Positions 17,192 through 28,400 of a stretch of DNA of 64,000 nt are shown here, one piece after another. Made by a program: the position numbers and the translations under genes. Below the pieces are notes generated by a model. The model saw only the letters and a program-made list of their open reading frames with translations. It was not told the origin of the DNA and made no database searches. Each line of letters opens with the position of its first letter. The first letter of the stretch is position 1. Source of the stretch: Candidatus Yonathbacteria bacterium RIFCSPLOWO2_01_FULL_47_33b. GTDB lineage: Bacteria; Patescibacteriota; Minisyncoccia; Phycocordibacterales; UBA1550. The stretch is from assembly GCA_001823575.1 (NCBI GenBank), contig MHUW01000016.1, forward strand, positions 2,099 to 66,098, written 5' to 3'.

Positions 17192-18292
17192 CTATTTGAA
17201 ATGCTTGGCAAGCTTCGGACCGCTTTGGTTGCCATAGTTGCACTCGGCCTTTTCGTCGTAATGAAGAATGGGGGGCTTGGTCATCTGCTCAAACTTTATT
17301 TTCGCAATCGGATGATTTTTGAAAATAACCAAATCTTCAAACGGCCGCACTTCGAGGGTCAGTGGTCTTCCTTTTCCTTCGCCATCTTTTCCGTACCCCC
17401 ATCCTGGATCAATAAACCCAGCATAGTGTGAACGGAACTCGCCACTCCTTTCGTCCATCGGCACCATCTCGCACGCAAGACATGGTGGCACGCGCACCGC
17501 TTCGGCCGTTGAGAGAATGTAAAATCCTCCACGACGCAAATAGATGCGCTCGCCACACACGTTGATAGGCTCGAAAAAATCTTCCGCATCATACGCCTTT
17601 TTCCCTTGCGAAAAATCGAGGATTCGCTGTCGCCCGGTGTATTCATACCCGGCAACCGCGCTATCAAGATCAAGGGTTAGAATAATCGACCCGTCATCAT
17701 CGCGTATCTGCACATCACCATACGAAAGTTCTTCTCCTGAAAGAGTGTGCAAAAGTTTCCAGCGCGAAAATGCAATCTCGATTTCCTCCTCCGAAAGGCG
17801 CGTGTTGGCATTGAACAACCGCAGTTGACTGAGCGGCTCGCCTGTGGGAATAATCACGGGGTATGAGCGCGAAATAATCACGGCCCACAATTCCCCCAGG
17901 AACCCCGTAGGAGTCACCGCATCGTACCGAGGTACACCATCAGCAAGAACTCGCACATGCACGTCATGCCGACCAGTCGACGACTTTGGATTGCAATACC
18001 CGTAGACACCTTGAGGCAGCGTGAGTGATTCGTTCAAGCGAGCAAGATAGACAACTTCTCGTTCAAAAGGAGCACCGACCACATGCTGGCGAGCATCAAG
18101 TCGCTCAATGAGACTTCTGATGGTCTCGCCTATTCGTGGTTGAAACATCCCGTTGACTCGATACACTTCGTCTGAAATACAGAGGTCGAGAGAGGCAGGC
18201 CCAATGTTGCGAGAAGACGCGCCCTTGATAAACCCAGCATCCACCAAGTCCTGAAGCAAACTATCCGGCAATGCGCCAAGATTTTTTGACAT
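17192..18292 (-). CDS. dcd: 2'-deoxycytidine 5'-triphosphate deaminase, long (~360 aa) form
   Basis: 366 aa with the dUTPase-like beta-barrel pattern in tandem, consistent with the long DCD family. Called by context (dut/tmk/thyA neighbours) and overall similarity. Confidence 0.55.
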   Translation of the reverse strand: MSKNLGALPDSLLQDLVDAGFIKGASSRNIGPASLDLCISDEVYRVNGMFQPRIGETIRSLIERLDARQHVVGAPFEREVVYLARLNESLTLPQGVYGYCNPKSSTGRHDVHVRVLADGVPRYDAVTPTGFLGELWAVIISRSYPVIIPTGEPLSQLRLFNANTRLSEEEIEIAFSRWKLLHTLSGEELSYGDVQIRDDDGSIILTLDLDSAVAGYEYTGRQRILDFSQGKKAYDAEDFFEPINVCGERIYLRRGGFYILSTAEAVRVPPCLACEMVPMDERSGEFRSHYAGFIDPGWGYGKDGEGKGRPLTLEVRPFEDLVIFKNHPIAKIKFEQMTKPPILHYDEKAECNYGNQSGPKLAKHFK

Positions 18293-18365
18293 AGCATTTC
18301 TCCTAAGCTGTGAAAGAATTAACCTTTATATATTATAGCACAAATTTGTTTCAAAGTCCAGGCGC

Positions 18366-18394
18366 TTGACGGCCCCCTCTTTGTAAGGTAGTTT
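18366..18394 (+). promoter_or_regulatory. Putative sigma70-like promoter for thyA: TTGACG-N17-TAGTTT
   Basis: Read directly, ~45 nt upstream of the thyA ATG. An AGGAGC Shine-Dalgarno sits at 18424-18429. Confidence 0.35.
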
Positions 18395-18436
18395 GATGGC
18401 AGTAGTACTTTTTCAACAACCTATTAGGAGCAACAA

Positions 18437-19231
18437 ATGAGACAATATATTGACCTCATGCGTCACGTTCTTGAAACGGGCAACAAAAAAGGTGATCGTA
18501 CGGGCACCGGCACCTTCAGTGTATTTGGGCATCAAACAAGATACAATCTTGCTGACGGCTTCCCTCTTGTTACCACCAAGAAGTGTCATTTGAAATCCAT
18601 TATCCATGAGCTCTTATGGTTCCTGCAGGGCGACACCAACATCAAATACCTCAAGGAGAACGGTGTCAAAATTTGGGATGAATGGGCAGATGAAAATGGC
18701 GAACTGGGGCCAGTGTATGGCTCCCAGTGGCGCTCGTGGCCAACCCCTGATGGCAAGCATATTGACCAAATCAGTGAAGTGGTTGCTCGCATCAAGGAAA
18801 AGCCTGACGACCGGCGTCTTATCGTCTCTGCTTGGAACGTGGCTGATATTGCAAAAATGAGGCTTCCGCCTTGCCACTGTTTCTTTCAGTTTTATGTGGC
18901 AGACGGAAAGCTTTCATGCCAGTTGTATCAGCGGAGTGCTGATATATTTCTTGGTATGCCGTTCAATATTGCTTCCTACGCACTTCTCGTAATGATGGTT
19001 GCGCAAGTATGCGAGCTGGAGCTTGGTGATTTCGTGCACACCCTTGGTGACGCACATCTCTATTTAAATCACCTGGAACAGTCATTGCTTCAAGTCAGGC
19101 GTGACCCGCGGCCGCTTCCGACGATGCGCATCAATCCCGATGTGAAGGATATCTTCAGTTTCAAATATGAAGACTTTACACTCGAAGGGTACGATCCGCA
19201 CCCGGCAATCAAAGCATCTGTTTCTGTGTAG
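18437..19231 (+). CDS. thyA: Thymidylate synthase (ThyA, folate-dependent)
   Basis: Canonical ThyA sequence throughout (RTGTGT, active-site region [10 protein letters not shown], 264 aa). Confidence 0.95.
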   Translation: MRQYIDLMRHVLETGNKKGDRTGTGTFSVFGHQTRYNLADGFPLVTTKKCHLKSIIHELLWFLQGDTNIKYLKENGVKIWDEWADENGELGPVYGSQWRSWPTPDGKHIDQISEVVARIKEKPDDRRLIVSAWNVADIAKMRLPPCHCFFQFYVADGKLSCQLYQRSADIFLGMPFNIASYALLVMMVAQVCELELGDFVHTLGDAHLYLNHLEQSLLQVRRDPRPLPTMRINPDVKDIFSFKYEDFTLEGYDPHPAIKASVSV

Positions 19232-19249
19232 GTTGCAGTAAAAACTCAA

Positions 19250-19282
19250 AGGCCGGCAATCTTACGATTGTCGGCCTTTTTT
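19250..19282. terminator. Bidirectional intrinsic terminator aggccggcaatc-ttac-gattgtcggcct followed by TTTTTT (preceded by AAAAA)
   Basis: Read directly. Serves thyA (+) and rplK (-), which converge here. Confidence 0.65.
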
Positions 19283-19321
19283 CTTTATGAGTTTTGAGCT
19301 TGTCCTGAGCTCATTGAAGGA

Positions 19322-19744
19322 TTATTTAACCTCGATACCTGCAGAGCGAGCTGAGCCGGCGATGATCTTCATTGCTGCCTCAACATCGTTTGCGTTCAAG
19401 TCTACCATCTTACGTTCTGCAATCTCCTGGAGCTGTGCCTTGGTGATTGAGCCTACCTTGCTGGTGTTGGCCTTCTTTGAACCCTTCTGAATGTTCGCTG
19501 CCTTGAAGATAAGTGAAGTTGCGGGAGGCGTCTTCATCTTGAAGTCGAAGGTACGGTCCTCGTACACGGTAATAACCGTAGGCACAAGGTCGCCCATCTT
19601 GTCGCTCGTTGCGGCGTTGAACTTGGTGACGAAATCACCGATGTTTACACCCGCCTGACCGAGCGCAGGCCCCAAAGGAGGCGCTGGTGTTGCCTTGCCG
19701 GCCGGGATGATAACTTTAACTCGTTTTGTAATTTTCTTTGCCAT
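19322..19744 (-). CDS. rplK: 50S ribosomal protein L11
   Basis: [35 protein letters not shown] is canonical L11. Confidence 0.95.
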   Translation of the reverse strand: MAKKITKRVKVIIPAGKATPAPPLGPALGQAGVNIGDFVTKFNAATSDKMGDLVPTVITVYEDRTFDFKMKTPPATSLIFKAANIQKGSKKANTSKVGSITKAQLQEIAERKMVDLNANDVEAAMKIIAGSARSAGIEVK

Positions 19745-19809
19745 AATAGTTTCGCTGTATTTGAATTCCCCGAGTCTACCTTAGATTGCGGGATTTTTCA
19801 AGTTTTGTA

Positions 19810-20355
19810 TTAAATCTTTCTTATCTGGAGGAAATCGAGTTCCACGGGGGTCTCGCGACCGAACATTGAAACAAGGACCTTTGCGCGACCACGCTCGTCG
19901 TCTACCTCGGCAACCTTACCCTCGAGGTCCTTGAATGGACCGTCGACAATAGACACCTGATCGCCCACAATGAGGTCGATATTGTGCTTTGGGGTGCCCG
20001 CAGACATACGGTTAAAGAGCGACTCTGCCTCTGACTTTTCAAGAGGAACGGGAGTTACTCCTGCTCCAACAAATCCAGTAACGCGCGGTGTGTTACGCAC
20101 GACGTACCATGAATCATCGGTAACAATCATGTCCACAAGAATGTAGCCCGGGTAAATTTTCTCTTCCACCTCTACGCGCTTGCCGCCCTTGACCTTGATC
20201 TTTTTCTCCATCGGAACAACCACATTAAAAATGCGGTCCTCCATACCGAGAGACTCAATGCGTTGCTTCAAGTTGCGGAGTACGGCGTTCTCGTATCCCA
20301 CATACGTGTGGATAGCGTACCAATTGCGCTCCCCTGTTGTTTCTTGTTTTGCCAT
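19810..20355 (-). CDS. nusG: Transcription termination/antitermination factor NusG
   Basis: NGN domain (WYAIHTYVGYENAV) plus C-terminal KOW (GDQVSIVDGPFKDLEGKV). Confidence 0.95.
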   Translation of the reverse strand: MAKQETTGERNWYAIHTYVGYENAVLRNLKQRIESLGMEDRIFNVVVPMEKKIKVKGGKRVEVEEKIYPGYILVDMIVTDDSWYVVRNTPRVTGFVGAGVTPVPLEKSEAESLFNRMSAGTPKHNIDLIVGDQVSIVDGPFKDLEGKVAEVDDERGRAKVLVSMFGRETPVELDFLQIRKI

Positions 20356-20372
20356 AGGATAGTTAAAGGTGA

Positions 20373-20558
20373 TTAACGAACGATGACCAATTTCTTGATA
20401 AGTGAGGTGAAGAGTGCGTCAAATGCCCCGAGGTAAATCGAGGTAAGGATAGAGATTACGATAACAAGCACCGTAAAAGCGACCGCCTGGCGGCGCGTAG
20501 GCCACACTACGTGGGTCAACTCTCCTTTTGTGTCGCGTAAATATTGAATGAATGCCAT
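20373..20558 (-). CDS. secE: Preprotein translocase subunit SecE
   Basis: Small single-TM protein immediately upstream of nusG. Contains the ELTHVVWPTRRQ motif typical of SecE. Start at MAFIQYL. Confidence 0.8.
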   Translation of the reverse strand: MAFIQYLRDTKGELTHVVWPTRRQAVAFTVLVIVISILTSIYLGAFDALFTSLIKKLVIVR

Positions 20559-20674
20559 ATTTCTTGGTTGTTGCGCTGTGGCGCTTAGCCCTCCCATTTA
20601 AAAAACCGCCCCGCAGGGCTTTATTTCATAATACTCTTCCAATCGAAAAAAGTCAACCATGCCGACCATAAAAA

Positions 20675-20702
20675 ACACCCCGCGAGCAAGCCCGCGGGGT
20701 GT
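20675..20702 (-). terminator. Hairpin acaccccgcg-agcaagcc-cgcggggtgt
   Basis: 10-bp GC-rich perfect stem, 15 nt downstream of the stop of the 20717..21496 gene. Confidence 0.5.
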
Positions 20703-20716
20703 AAATACTGCAAATT

Positions 20717-21496
20717 TCAAGCATTTCCGTGATAATCAACAACCGTGGAACGGTGGGATGAATGCTTCATACCAGCACCTGATTGCATCTGGCGATGATT
20801 TGCGATGATATCCGTGAGGAATTCCCACATCTTTTGACAATCACCAGCATGCGAACCCTTGAAGTCGGGAGTGCATTCCCTTTCGAGGGTGCTGTGGTAC
20901 AAAAACGTCCCCGGCCGGCTATAAGTACCGAGAGGATGTTCGTAGTCAACAGAAACGAGTTCCACCAAGGATGCCTGCCGTGCGCCCACGAAACGAGAAG
21001 TGCTTAGTTTTACCCGAAACACCGCCCGCTTGTCTTGCGCGTCAAAACAATACACACCCGACAACCCTGACATGAAATCCTCAACGGAGGCCGAGGTTTT
21101 CATGTCCTCCTTATGCTTCTGTTCAGGAGTGGGTTTCGCCTTGAGTACGGTTTTGATTCCCGCCGCAACAAAGACGCCGTGCAAAAAGTTCCAGATGCGC
21201 TGTTGCTCCAACCATTTGGTAGACCCCTCACGCAACCGGGAACGAAACTCACCCAGGTGCAACTGAGCCACAGTGATATACACATCCGATTCGTCAATCC
21301 CGTAGAGCTCGGTGCCTTGTGGTGCCGCAAGAAGATGCACAACCTTCACCTTGCGGTCGTCAGGCATTTTCTTTGTCCTGACCTCAAATCGCATCCCTGC
21401 GATCTCTACCGGCCCGCTCCAACTGTTCCAGATAACGATAGGGTCTGTTTGAACTGGCACTCTTCCTTCTCCGCCTTGATTCTGAATGGAAGTCAT
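20717..21496 (-). CDS. Hypothetical protein (259 aa)
   Basis: Long clean ORF. No recognisable family. Confidence 0.4.
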   Translation of the reverse strand: MTSIQNQGGEGRVPVQTDPIVIWNSWSGPVEIAGMRFEVRTKKMPDDRKVKVVHLLAAPQGTELYGIDESDVYITVAQLHLGEFRSRLREGSTKWLEQQRIWNFLHGVFVAAGIKTVLKAKPTPEQKHKEDMKTSASVEDFMSGLSGVYCFDAQDKRAVFRVKLSTSRFVGARQASLVELVSVDYEHPLGTYSRPGTFLYHSTLERECTPDFKGSHAGDCQKMWEFLTDIIANHRQMQSGAGMKHSSHRSTVVDYHGNA

Positions 21497-21711
21497 GGTT
21501 CTGTCCTCTCAAAAAAGTTGAAATATGCTGCCAAGGTACTACCAACTGCTAAATAAAGTATAGCAAATTATTATGCTTTTGTCAATAGCACTCAACCTTA
21601 GAGCGAGGTTCTTCGGTTTGAAATGCCTTGCGCAAGCGCGACGGCGCGAGCAGAGCAAATTTTTAGTAAAAAATTATGCGTGCAATTCAAACTGAACGGA
21701 CCGAGTGGCCT

Positions 21712-22512
21712 CTATCGTATCTCGTACGTCACGGTCACCTGCGAGGTAATCTTTTGCTCGCCTTGTGGAATCTCTGGGAGACTTGGCGCTGGTGATGCAT
21801 CGACTTTTTCGGCACTCATCATCGTGCGCGCATAAATGGGATAGTTCTGCCCTTCAGAGAACGACACGACACGCACGAGGGATACACCGAGATCACGAGC
21901 AAGCACTTCTGCTTTGGTGCGTGCTTTTTCTATCGCCTGCTTGCGTGCTTCTGCTTTGAGGGTGTCCTCCTTGTCGATGGCAAAGTTTGGCCCCTGCATA
22001 TCGGTTACCCCTGCGGTTCCCAACGCCTCGATGATCGCGCTCGTTGTGTCGAGGTCACGCACGGTAACCGTCACTGACTGTGAGACCTCGTACCCAATGA
22101 GCACCTGGCGGCCAGGCTGTGGTGGCGGACAATTCAGCCCCATGCATGAATACGTTGCTTCGTGCCATTCATACTTTGGATATGAACTATAGTTCTCTGT
22201 CTTGATATCTTTGTCGGCAACACCAAGTTTGCGCACCGCCGCAAGTGCGGCCTTTGTCTTCACATCTACTTTATTCTGCGCGTCAGCAACTTTTTTTGCT
22301 TCTTCACGCACACTGAATGATACCGTCGCGATGTCGGGCGATGCGGTCACTTCCCCTTCACCAGAGACTGAAATAGTGTTCGTTGCGGCTACGCCACCAC
22401 CGATAAAGCGATACCCTTTGATTTCTGAAACAACCATCGCTCCCACGAGCACCACCGTGATGAGGGTGAGCACCGTAAGCGCTTGGTACAATTTTGTTTT
22501 GCTGTCTTCCAT
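21712..22512 (-). CDS. SIMPL-domain (DUF541/YggE-like) periplasmic protein
   Basis: N-terminal TM anchor. ISVSGEGEVTASPDIATVSFSV start and ITSQVTVTYEI end are typical of the SIMPL domain. Confidence 0.75.
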   Translation of the reverse strand: MEDSKTKLYQALTVLTLITVVLVGAMVVSEIKGYRFIGGGVAATNTISVSGEGEVTASPDIATVSFSVREEAKKVADAQNKVDVKTKAALAAVRKLGVADKDIKTENYSSYPKYEWHEATYSCMGLNCPPPQPGRQVLIGYEVSQSVTVTVRDLDTTSAIIEALGTAGVTDMQGPNFAIDKEDTLKAEARKQAIEKARTKAEVLARDLGVSLVRVVSFSEGQNYPIYARTMMSAEKVDASPAPSLPEIPQGEQKITSQVTVTYEIR

Positions 22513-22526
22513 GGTATGTATAAAAA

Positions 22527-22907
22527 TTATTCTTTAAACACATCTCCGACCTGGCGCAAAATAGCGTCAATCGAATAGTCTGACTTAATAATATACCCGC
22601 GCACCCCGAGCTCAACTCCCTCACTCATCTTTTCAAGGTCGGAGAGCTGCGTCTCTACAATCACCGGAGTCTCCTGTCCCCAATCCTCGGCACGAAGCTT
22701 TTTCAAGAACTCGATGCCGGTAACTTTCGGCATCATGAGGTCAAGCATGATGAGATCCGGTTTCTCGCGTGAGGCAACCTCAAAACCCTCTTCCCCATCA
22801 AAGGCAGTCACGACCTCATATTTCCCTTGCCCTCCAGCGACCAGTCCGTCACGAAGAATCTTTGAGAAAATCTTGTCATCATCAATAATCAATATTTTTT
22901 TCATCAT
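22527..22907 (-). CDS. Single-domain response regulator (CheY-like receiver)
   Basis: ILIIDDD...phospho-acceptor D in LIMLDLMMP...T...K pattern. 126 aa, no output domain. Confidence 0.9.
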   Translation of the reverse strand: MMKKILIIDDDKIFSKILRDGLVAGGQGKYEVVTAFDGEEGFEVASREKPDLIMLDLMMPKVTGIEFLKKLRAEDWGQETPVIVETQLSDLEKMSEGVELGVRGYIIKSDYSIDAILRQVGDVFKE

Positions 22908-22914
22908 AAATATA

Positions 22915-24681
22915 TTATACCACCTCTAGCGGAAGCGTGAAATAAAAGGTGCTGCCTGAACCAAGCTTTGACCCCACCCCCACCGTACCCCCATGCGCCT
23001 CAACAATACCCTTCACAATGACGAGCCCCAGACCGGTTCCTTTATGTTCGGCCCCTTTACGTGCGGTTGAAGTAAACTGCGTGAACTTATTCCAAAGCTT
23101 ACCAACATTTTCGAGAGAGATACCTTCGCCCGTATCAGTGACGGCAACCACCACACTTTTTGCTAGGTTTGCGGTGCTTTTTTCTGCTGACTCAGCGAAC
23201 CACGGCATACCAAAGCGCAACGCCTCAGCGCCAATCTCGGTTCCCTGCGTATGCAAGAAGCACTCTGCGGTCACGGTGCCACCCTTGGGGGTATATTTGA
23301 GGGCGTTAGAGAGGAGGTTGTTCACGATTTGTGCGGTCCTCTTGGTATCCATCGAAACCACATCAGGAACCCCTTCACCGAGAGAGATTTTAAGCGCGAC
23401 AGAGGCATCACGCGCCGTCGTGTCAAAGAACTTTACTCGTTCAACTAAAAGTTCTTTGATGTTTCCCGGCTGGCGGTCGACCTCAAACTTCCCCGCCTCG
23501 AGCTTCGACACATCGAGGAGGTCGTTCACGAGGTCGAGCATTGACGACGAGCTGTCGTAGAGCATTCCCGCGTACTCGGTCGAAGCCTCTTTGTCTTCGA
23601 GAATCTTTGACGACTTCATGAGTTCGCCGATCTTTTTAATATTACCGAGTGGTGAACGAAGTTCGTGAACCATCATGGAGGTAAAATCACTGCGCATTTT
23701 TTCGGCCTCTTTTTCGTGCGTGATGTCATGAAAAATAATGACGCCGCCAAGGACTTGCCCCTTCATTGCCCCTTGGTTTGATTTCACGGGTGATAAAAGA
23801 ATTTGATAATACTTGTCGCCCAAAACAGCGCCATCAAGCGTGATCATCTTGTCGAGCTTGATAGACTCTTCAAGCTTTTCCTGAAGGTTGAAGATATTTT
23901 TGAACTTTTCAACAATATCAAACATGGTGGGCTCGCCTGTCGGTGTATATCCGACAATAGCTCGCGCTGAAGGGTTCATGGCAACAATATGATAATCACG
24001 GTCAGTCATGACCACTCCCTCGACCATACTTTCGAGCATGGCGATTATTTTCCCCTGCTCTGTTTTCACCACCTCACCCAAGCTTGTCACCGCCTGCGAG
24101 GCTTGGTTCACGATCTTGTAAAGAATCGCCATTTCTTCTTCTTTGTAGAGCCCTGCTTTTGTGTGCGCAATGGTCAACACCCCCACAAGCTGTCCGCCAA
24201 TGACCAGTGGAATATTAAAAAAGGACTGCACCAGCTCATCGACATCGTCGAGCATAATAGCCCCCGTGAGGGTTTCCTCTATCTGCATGTCAGCAAGAGG
24301 TCGCCCCAAAAGCGCCTCAAGCGACCCGAGCATTCGCCCACGAATATCCTTTATAAACTGCGGCGAAACCGACTGATCAAGGTCTGCTTTGAATATAATC
24401 TTTGATGGCTCGAGGAGCATGTAGGACGCCGCGCTATACTCAATGAACTGTCGCAAAGACCCCGCGATAACATCGAGTATCTTTTGAATATTCAGTGAGT
24501 ACCCGGTGCGGTCCGAGATTTCTTTTAGGATAGCGATCTCGTACAAACGGTGCTTGATCTCACGCTCTTTTGCTTCGATCTCGCGTCTAACCCTTCGAGC
24601 CCACCAATACGAAAGAGCGACCACAATAACATAAAGTCCTATCAATCCGACAGCCAGGGGGAGTAACTCGCGAGGAAACAT
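22915..24681 (-). CDS. Sensor histidine kinase (TM + GAF/PAS-like sensor + HisKA + HATPase_c)
   Basis: H-box HELRSPL. N, G1 and G2 boxes (NLLSNALKYT, DTGEGI, GTGLGL). N-terminal TM helix. Confidence 0.9.
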   Translation of the reverse strand: MFPRELLPLAVGLIGLYVIVVALSYWWARRVRREIEAKEREIKHRLYEIAILKEISDRTGYSLNIQKILDVIAGSLRQFIEYSAASYMLLEPSKIIFKADLDQSVSPQFIKDIRGRMLGSLEALLGRPLADMQIEETLTGAIMLDDVDELVQSFFNIPLVIGGQLVGVLTIAHTKAGLYKEEEMAILYKIVNQASQAVTSLGEVVKTEQGKIIAMLESMVEGVVMTDRDYHIVAMNPSARAIVGYTPTGEPTMFDIVEKFKNIFNLQEKLEESIKLDKMITLDGAVLGDKYYQILLSPVKSNQGAMKGQVLGGVIIFHDITHEKEAEKMRSDFTSMMVHELRSPLGNIKKIGELMKSSKILEDKEASTEYAGMLYDSSSSMLDLVNDLLDVSKLEAGKFEVDRQPGNIKELLVERVKFFDTTARDASVALKISLGEGVPDVVSMDTKRTAQIVNNLLSNALKYTPKGGTVTAECFLHTQGTEIGAEALRFGMPWFAESAEKSTANLAKSVVVAVTDTGEGISLENVGKLWNKFTQFTSTARKGAEHKGTGLGLVIVKGIVEAHGGTVGVGSKLGSGSTFYFTLPLEVV

Positions 24682-24690
24682 AGAATTATA

Positions 24691-24960
24691 TTAACTCAAC
24701 TGCTTGATCGACGGATATTTGGTAAAGATTGGTCCAAGGGCATTCTTTACAATCTGCCCCGAAAGCTCGACGTAGGAGTCTATAAGTTTCTCAAGCGCGT
24801 CTGCGGGGTCACCATTCACCCCCATCACGAGGCCTTCTGGGGAGACTTCGAGCCCGTTGACCTTGCGCGCTCGCGCCACAGCCATATCAGGCCCCAAGAT
24901 AACACTTTGTTTGGCGATGATTTCCGCCATCATTGCTTTGTATTGTTCGTTTTGGTCCAT
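24691..24960 (-). CDS. Hypothetical small protein co-transcribed with the HK/RR
   Basis: 89-aa ORF, 9 nt upstream of the histidine kinase gene on the same strand. Confidence 0.4.
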   Translation of the reverse strand: MDQNEQYKAMMAEIIAKQSVILGPDMAVARARKVNGLEVSPEGLVMGVNGDPADALEKLIDSYVELSGQIVKNALGPIFTKYPSIKQLS

Positions 24961-24971
24961 AGCAGTATTTA

Positions 24972-25361
24972 TTATTCTCCTTTAATAACCTTGAGGAGTT
25001 TGCTTGCCGCAATACCCATCACGATATACCCCACAATAAAGAGTGAGTCATGAACAAGCTTCAAATAGAGAGGTGAGATGTTAGAAAACCAAGGCATCTC
25101 GAGTACAATCCCCACAAAGACAAGGCTCATGCCGATACTAAAGTACGTGAGAACCTGACCCAAAACACCTCCGTGCATCTTGCGACCGCCAACCCACACC
25201 ATGGCGCTTGTAACAAATGCCACAATAAGCATCGACCAAAGAGAAATTGAAGAAAAGAGACCGGAATCATCGAGTGCCAAGAGTGTATCCGTCACTCCCG
25301 CAAACGCCACCGCAGGCAAAAGAACTAAACTTAATAATGCAAGATGCTTCATAGGACTCAT
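24972..25361 (-). CDS. Hypothetical 4-TM membrane protein, first gene of the TCS operon
   Basis: Hydrophobic helices. Start set at MSPMKHLALLSLVLL (ATG 25359-25361). Confidence 0.4.
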   Translation of the reverse strand: MSPMKHLALLSLVLLPAVAFAGVTDTLLALDDSGLFSSISLWSMLIVAFVTSAMVWVGGRKMHGGVLGQVLTYFSIGMSLVFVGIVLEMPWFSNISPLYLKLVHDSLFIVGYIVMGIAASKLLKVIKGE

Positions 25362-25482
25362 AATATGATTACTGATAAATATGGTTTTATTATACCATAC
25401 TAGCAAGAATGCAAGCGAGGGTTCTTTTAGTAACCCCTCACGCACCTCTGTTTGTCATATAAAGGAAGATGGATTGCATTTA

Positions 25483-28400
25483 CTAATTCGTCTTCTGGTC
25501 GGGTATCGTCGTTGCACCCGTGCTCGTTGCGGTGTCACTTGGCGCAACTACGAGTGGCGCAGACGAAACGACATTTACCGTACGCTCTGCGGTCGTCGTG
25601 GCGTTGTTTTGGTCAACGACTGAATACACAATCGTGTGTATGCCTTCTACGGAAGTATCGAGACTTATCTGACTAATGTCCAACTCTGGTCCCCCGTCGA
25701 GCGATGCTTTGATGCCAAAGTTTTTAGCAGACTCCGGTGCGGTAATGAGTGCACCAAGGTCGCCGTAGATATCGCCGATACTGAGTGTGGCAGGGTTGTT
25801 ACCGTTTATGAAAATTATGATGGGGGTTGTCGTTGCCGTAGTGATCTCTGTCGTTAAGATACCACTCACCGTGGTATTGCCAGAAAGAAGCAAGTCTAAC
25901 TGATCTTTAGTAATACAGGTCTCATTCCCCGACTGTCCAACACAAATCTTTTCTTCAGCGTGAAATTCTTTTCCGCGAAATACCCTCGCAACGACCTCCC
26001 CAATTCCATTCGCCGTGTCCGCAAGCCACCCCGTCATCCGATCAAAGAACCTCCCTGCAAAAGTCTTGCCTCCTGTCGTATCAGTCATTGCCGTCGTCGT
26101 AGACGCAAGTCCTTCAAGATTGAGGTCAAGCTCCTTGAGTCCTTGCAGGGTTAAAATAGGGAGCATTGAGTAGTTGACCCCGAGGTAACCGTTTGAGGTG
26201 GTAGCTACCATCCCAGGGAGTACCCGTGCAACGTCCTGTGCGATCAGACCATAGTTGAGAGTAGTGGTGGAGTTATGGAGTTCGTTTCCTGCTATATCGT
26301 TCCAGTAGAATGTTGAAGGAGTGAGCTTGGTGAGGTCTGCCAAGACACTCCCCATCGGCTGGATGTTGGTCTTGAGGGTTGCGTCAGACGAACACACCCC
26401 CGTAAGCGCCGTACCCGCAAAGTTTTCCACACAACCGTTAGTTCCCGAGGTCCCCACACGAATGTCACCTACAACCTGCAAAGATTTTGCAGGTGCTGCG
26501 GTGCCGATGCCGACGTTGCCAGTGTTCCTTATGGTAAAGAGCGTCGTTGTTGCGCTTGCAGTTGAACTTGCAATCGCAAAGAGGGTAGTATTATTTTCAC
26601 CATTGTACGCATGCACGGAGAGTTTGGCGTACGGCGAAGTAGTCCCCATACCAATGCGTCCGCTGGATTCAATGAGTGATGGAGTATTGTTATCAAAAAG
26701 CTGTCCACCGGCAGCAACTGTGCGCGAGATACTGGTCCCATCCATTCGAGTTACATTGTACAAACGCACCACGGAATCCGCGGTCATATTCAAATCGACG
26801 CCGTATGTCCCACTCGTGTGATTGATGTTACCATTTCTTATGACTACATTCGCAGTACTAACATCAATCCCCCTCCCTGTGCCAGAAGAATTTTCGTCAA
26901 TAAGCGATAGATTGTTTATCTCATAGTCACCAATTGACCCTCCTGCCCCAATCACAATAGCTCCTTTTGTTGGATTGGGGCCGATGCCGTGCCTCACCGA
27001 AATATTATTCAAGATCTTTTTGTGGGTATTCCCGCCGGTTGAATAACTATTCATGTATACAAACAAAGCTTCATTATAACCATCGTTATCAATAGACAAA
27101 TTATCTACCCGAACATAGTCTCCAAACAGACGGAGTGCGTGCTCTACTTCTCCTTTAACAACAATATCTGATGCAACAATCCCTGAAAGCGAACCATTAT
27201 CAAAAATGATCGAATTAGAAGACCGCCATTCAATATTTTTAAGCCGCAGGAACGAAAGACCGTCATCTTGGTTTGGCCACAGATAGGTGTCTGAATCCCC
27301 ATTAATAAGTCGCACATGAGAAACAACATTCATGATAGAAAAGTAACCAAACAATGGAATTGCCAATGCTCCATTCATGGCAGGAAGAGTATCTGTAGTG
27401 CCTACGATGTGGTTATTCTGTCCATCAATGGTAATATCAGCTCCTTCGGGCAATCCAACGTCCAGCCCAAGGGGCGTTTCTGCGTCCAGCAATACAATTC
27501 TGTAACGCACCGGCCTTCGAATAACCAAAGGGACATTTGACTGCGATGCCCCAAAAATACCCGTCGCCAAGGTGATGTTCTCGGGGGTAATTGCAGCGTC
27601 AGTTCGCAAGATAGGATAGTTATGTGTGGTATTCTCGCCGCCAACTCCATCGAGAGCAACCATCGCATCATTAGTCACATAGAGAAGATCTCCTGATCGC
27701 ACATCTGCGTTAGCACTACACACCACGCGATTGCTTCCACTCGTCAGGGTACATGTAATCCCCGTATTGGTCACCGTGGTATAGGTATCTCGGGCGGAAA
27801 TATAATCCAACGCATCCTGAATTGTCGCAAAACGACCACCAGTACCTACGGTTAGAGTGTTTGCTGCCGTGGCGCCAACACACGTACCGTTTGCATCCTG
27901 GAAGCATCCCGAGGAAATTTGAATGCCGCCCGAAAATGTCGATGTAGATACACTCGTGCCGGTAAAATAGGACGACACAGTTTCGCCTACTACGGAGAGT
28001 GCGGCGTATGGTGATGTGGTGCCGATGCCGACCTTGCCGGTCGCACGATACACATCACTACCCGAAAGGGTCCAACTTCCGACTGAGCCACCAATAACCG
28101 AGCCTGCCCAATAAAGGTTGCCGGAGTTACTGTAGAGTCTGTTGGTGGTGACACTTGGTGCGGAGACATCGGCAAGGTAGGTGACACCATTCACCGCAAA
28201 GGTGTCTGAGGGGGTGGTGGTGCCGACACCGAGGGTGGTAAAGGAGCCCGTGGAGCCTACGAGATCACCCGACATGGAGCCACCTGCTGTAGGGAGGTAC
28301 CCCGCGATGGTTGTGCCGGTAATAGAAGCACCGGTGATGGTGGGCGACGAGAGGGTGACCGAAGAGAGGTTGTTGATGCGGTTCATTGGTGCCATCGCGA

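Noticed and set aside
20598-20664. Expected tRNA-Trp upstream of secE
   Set aside because: The sequence does not fold into a cloverleaf and has no GGTTCGAATCC-like T-loop.
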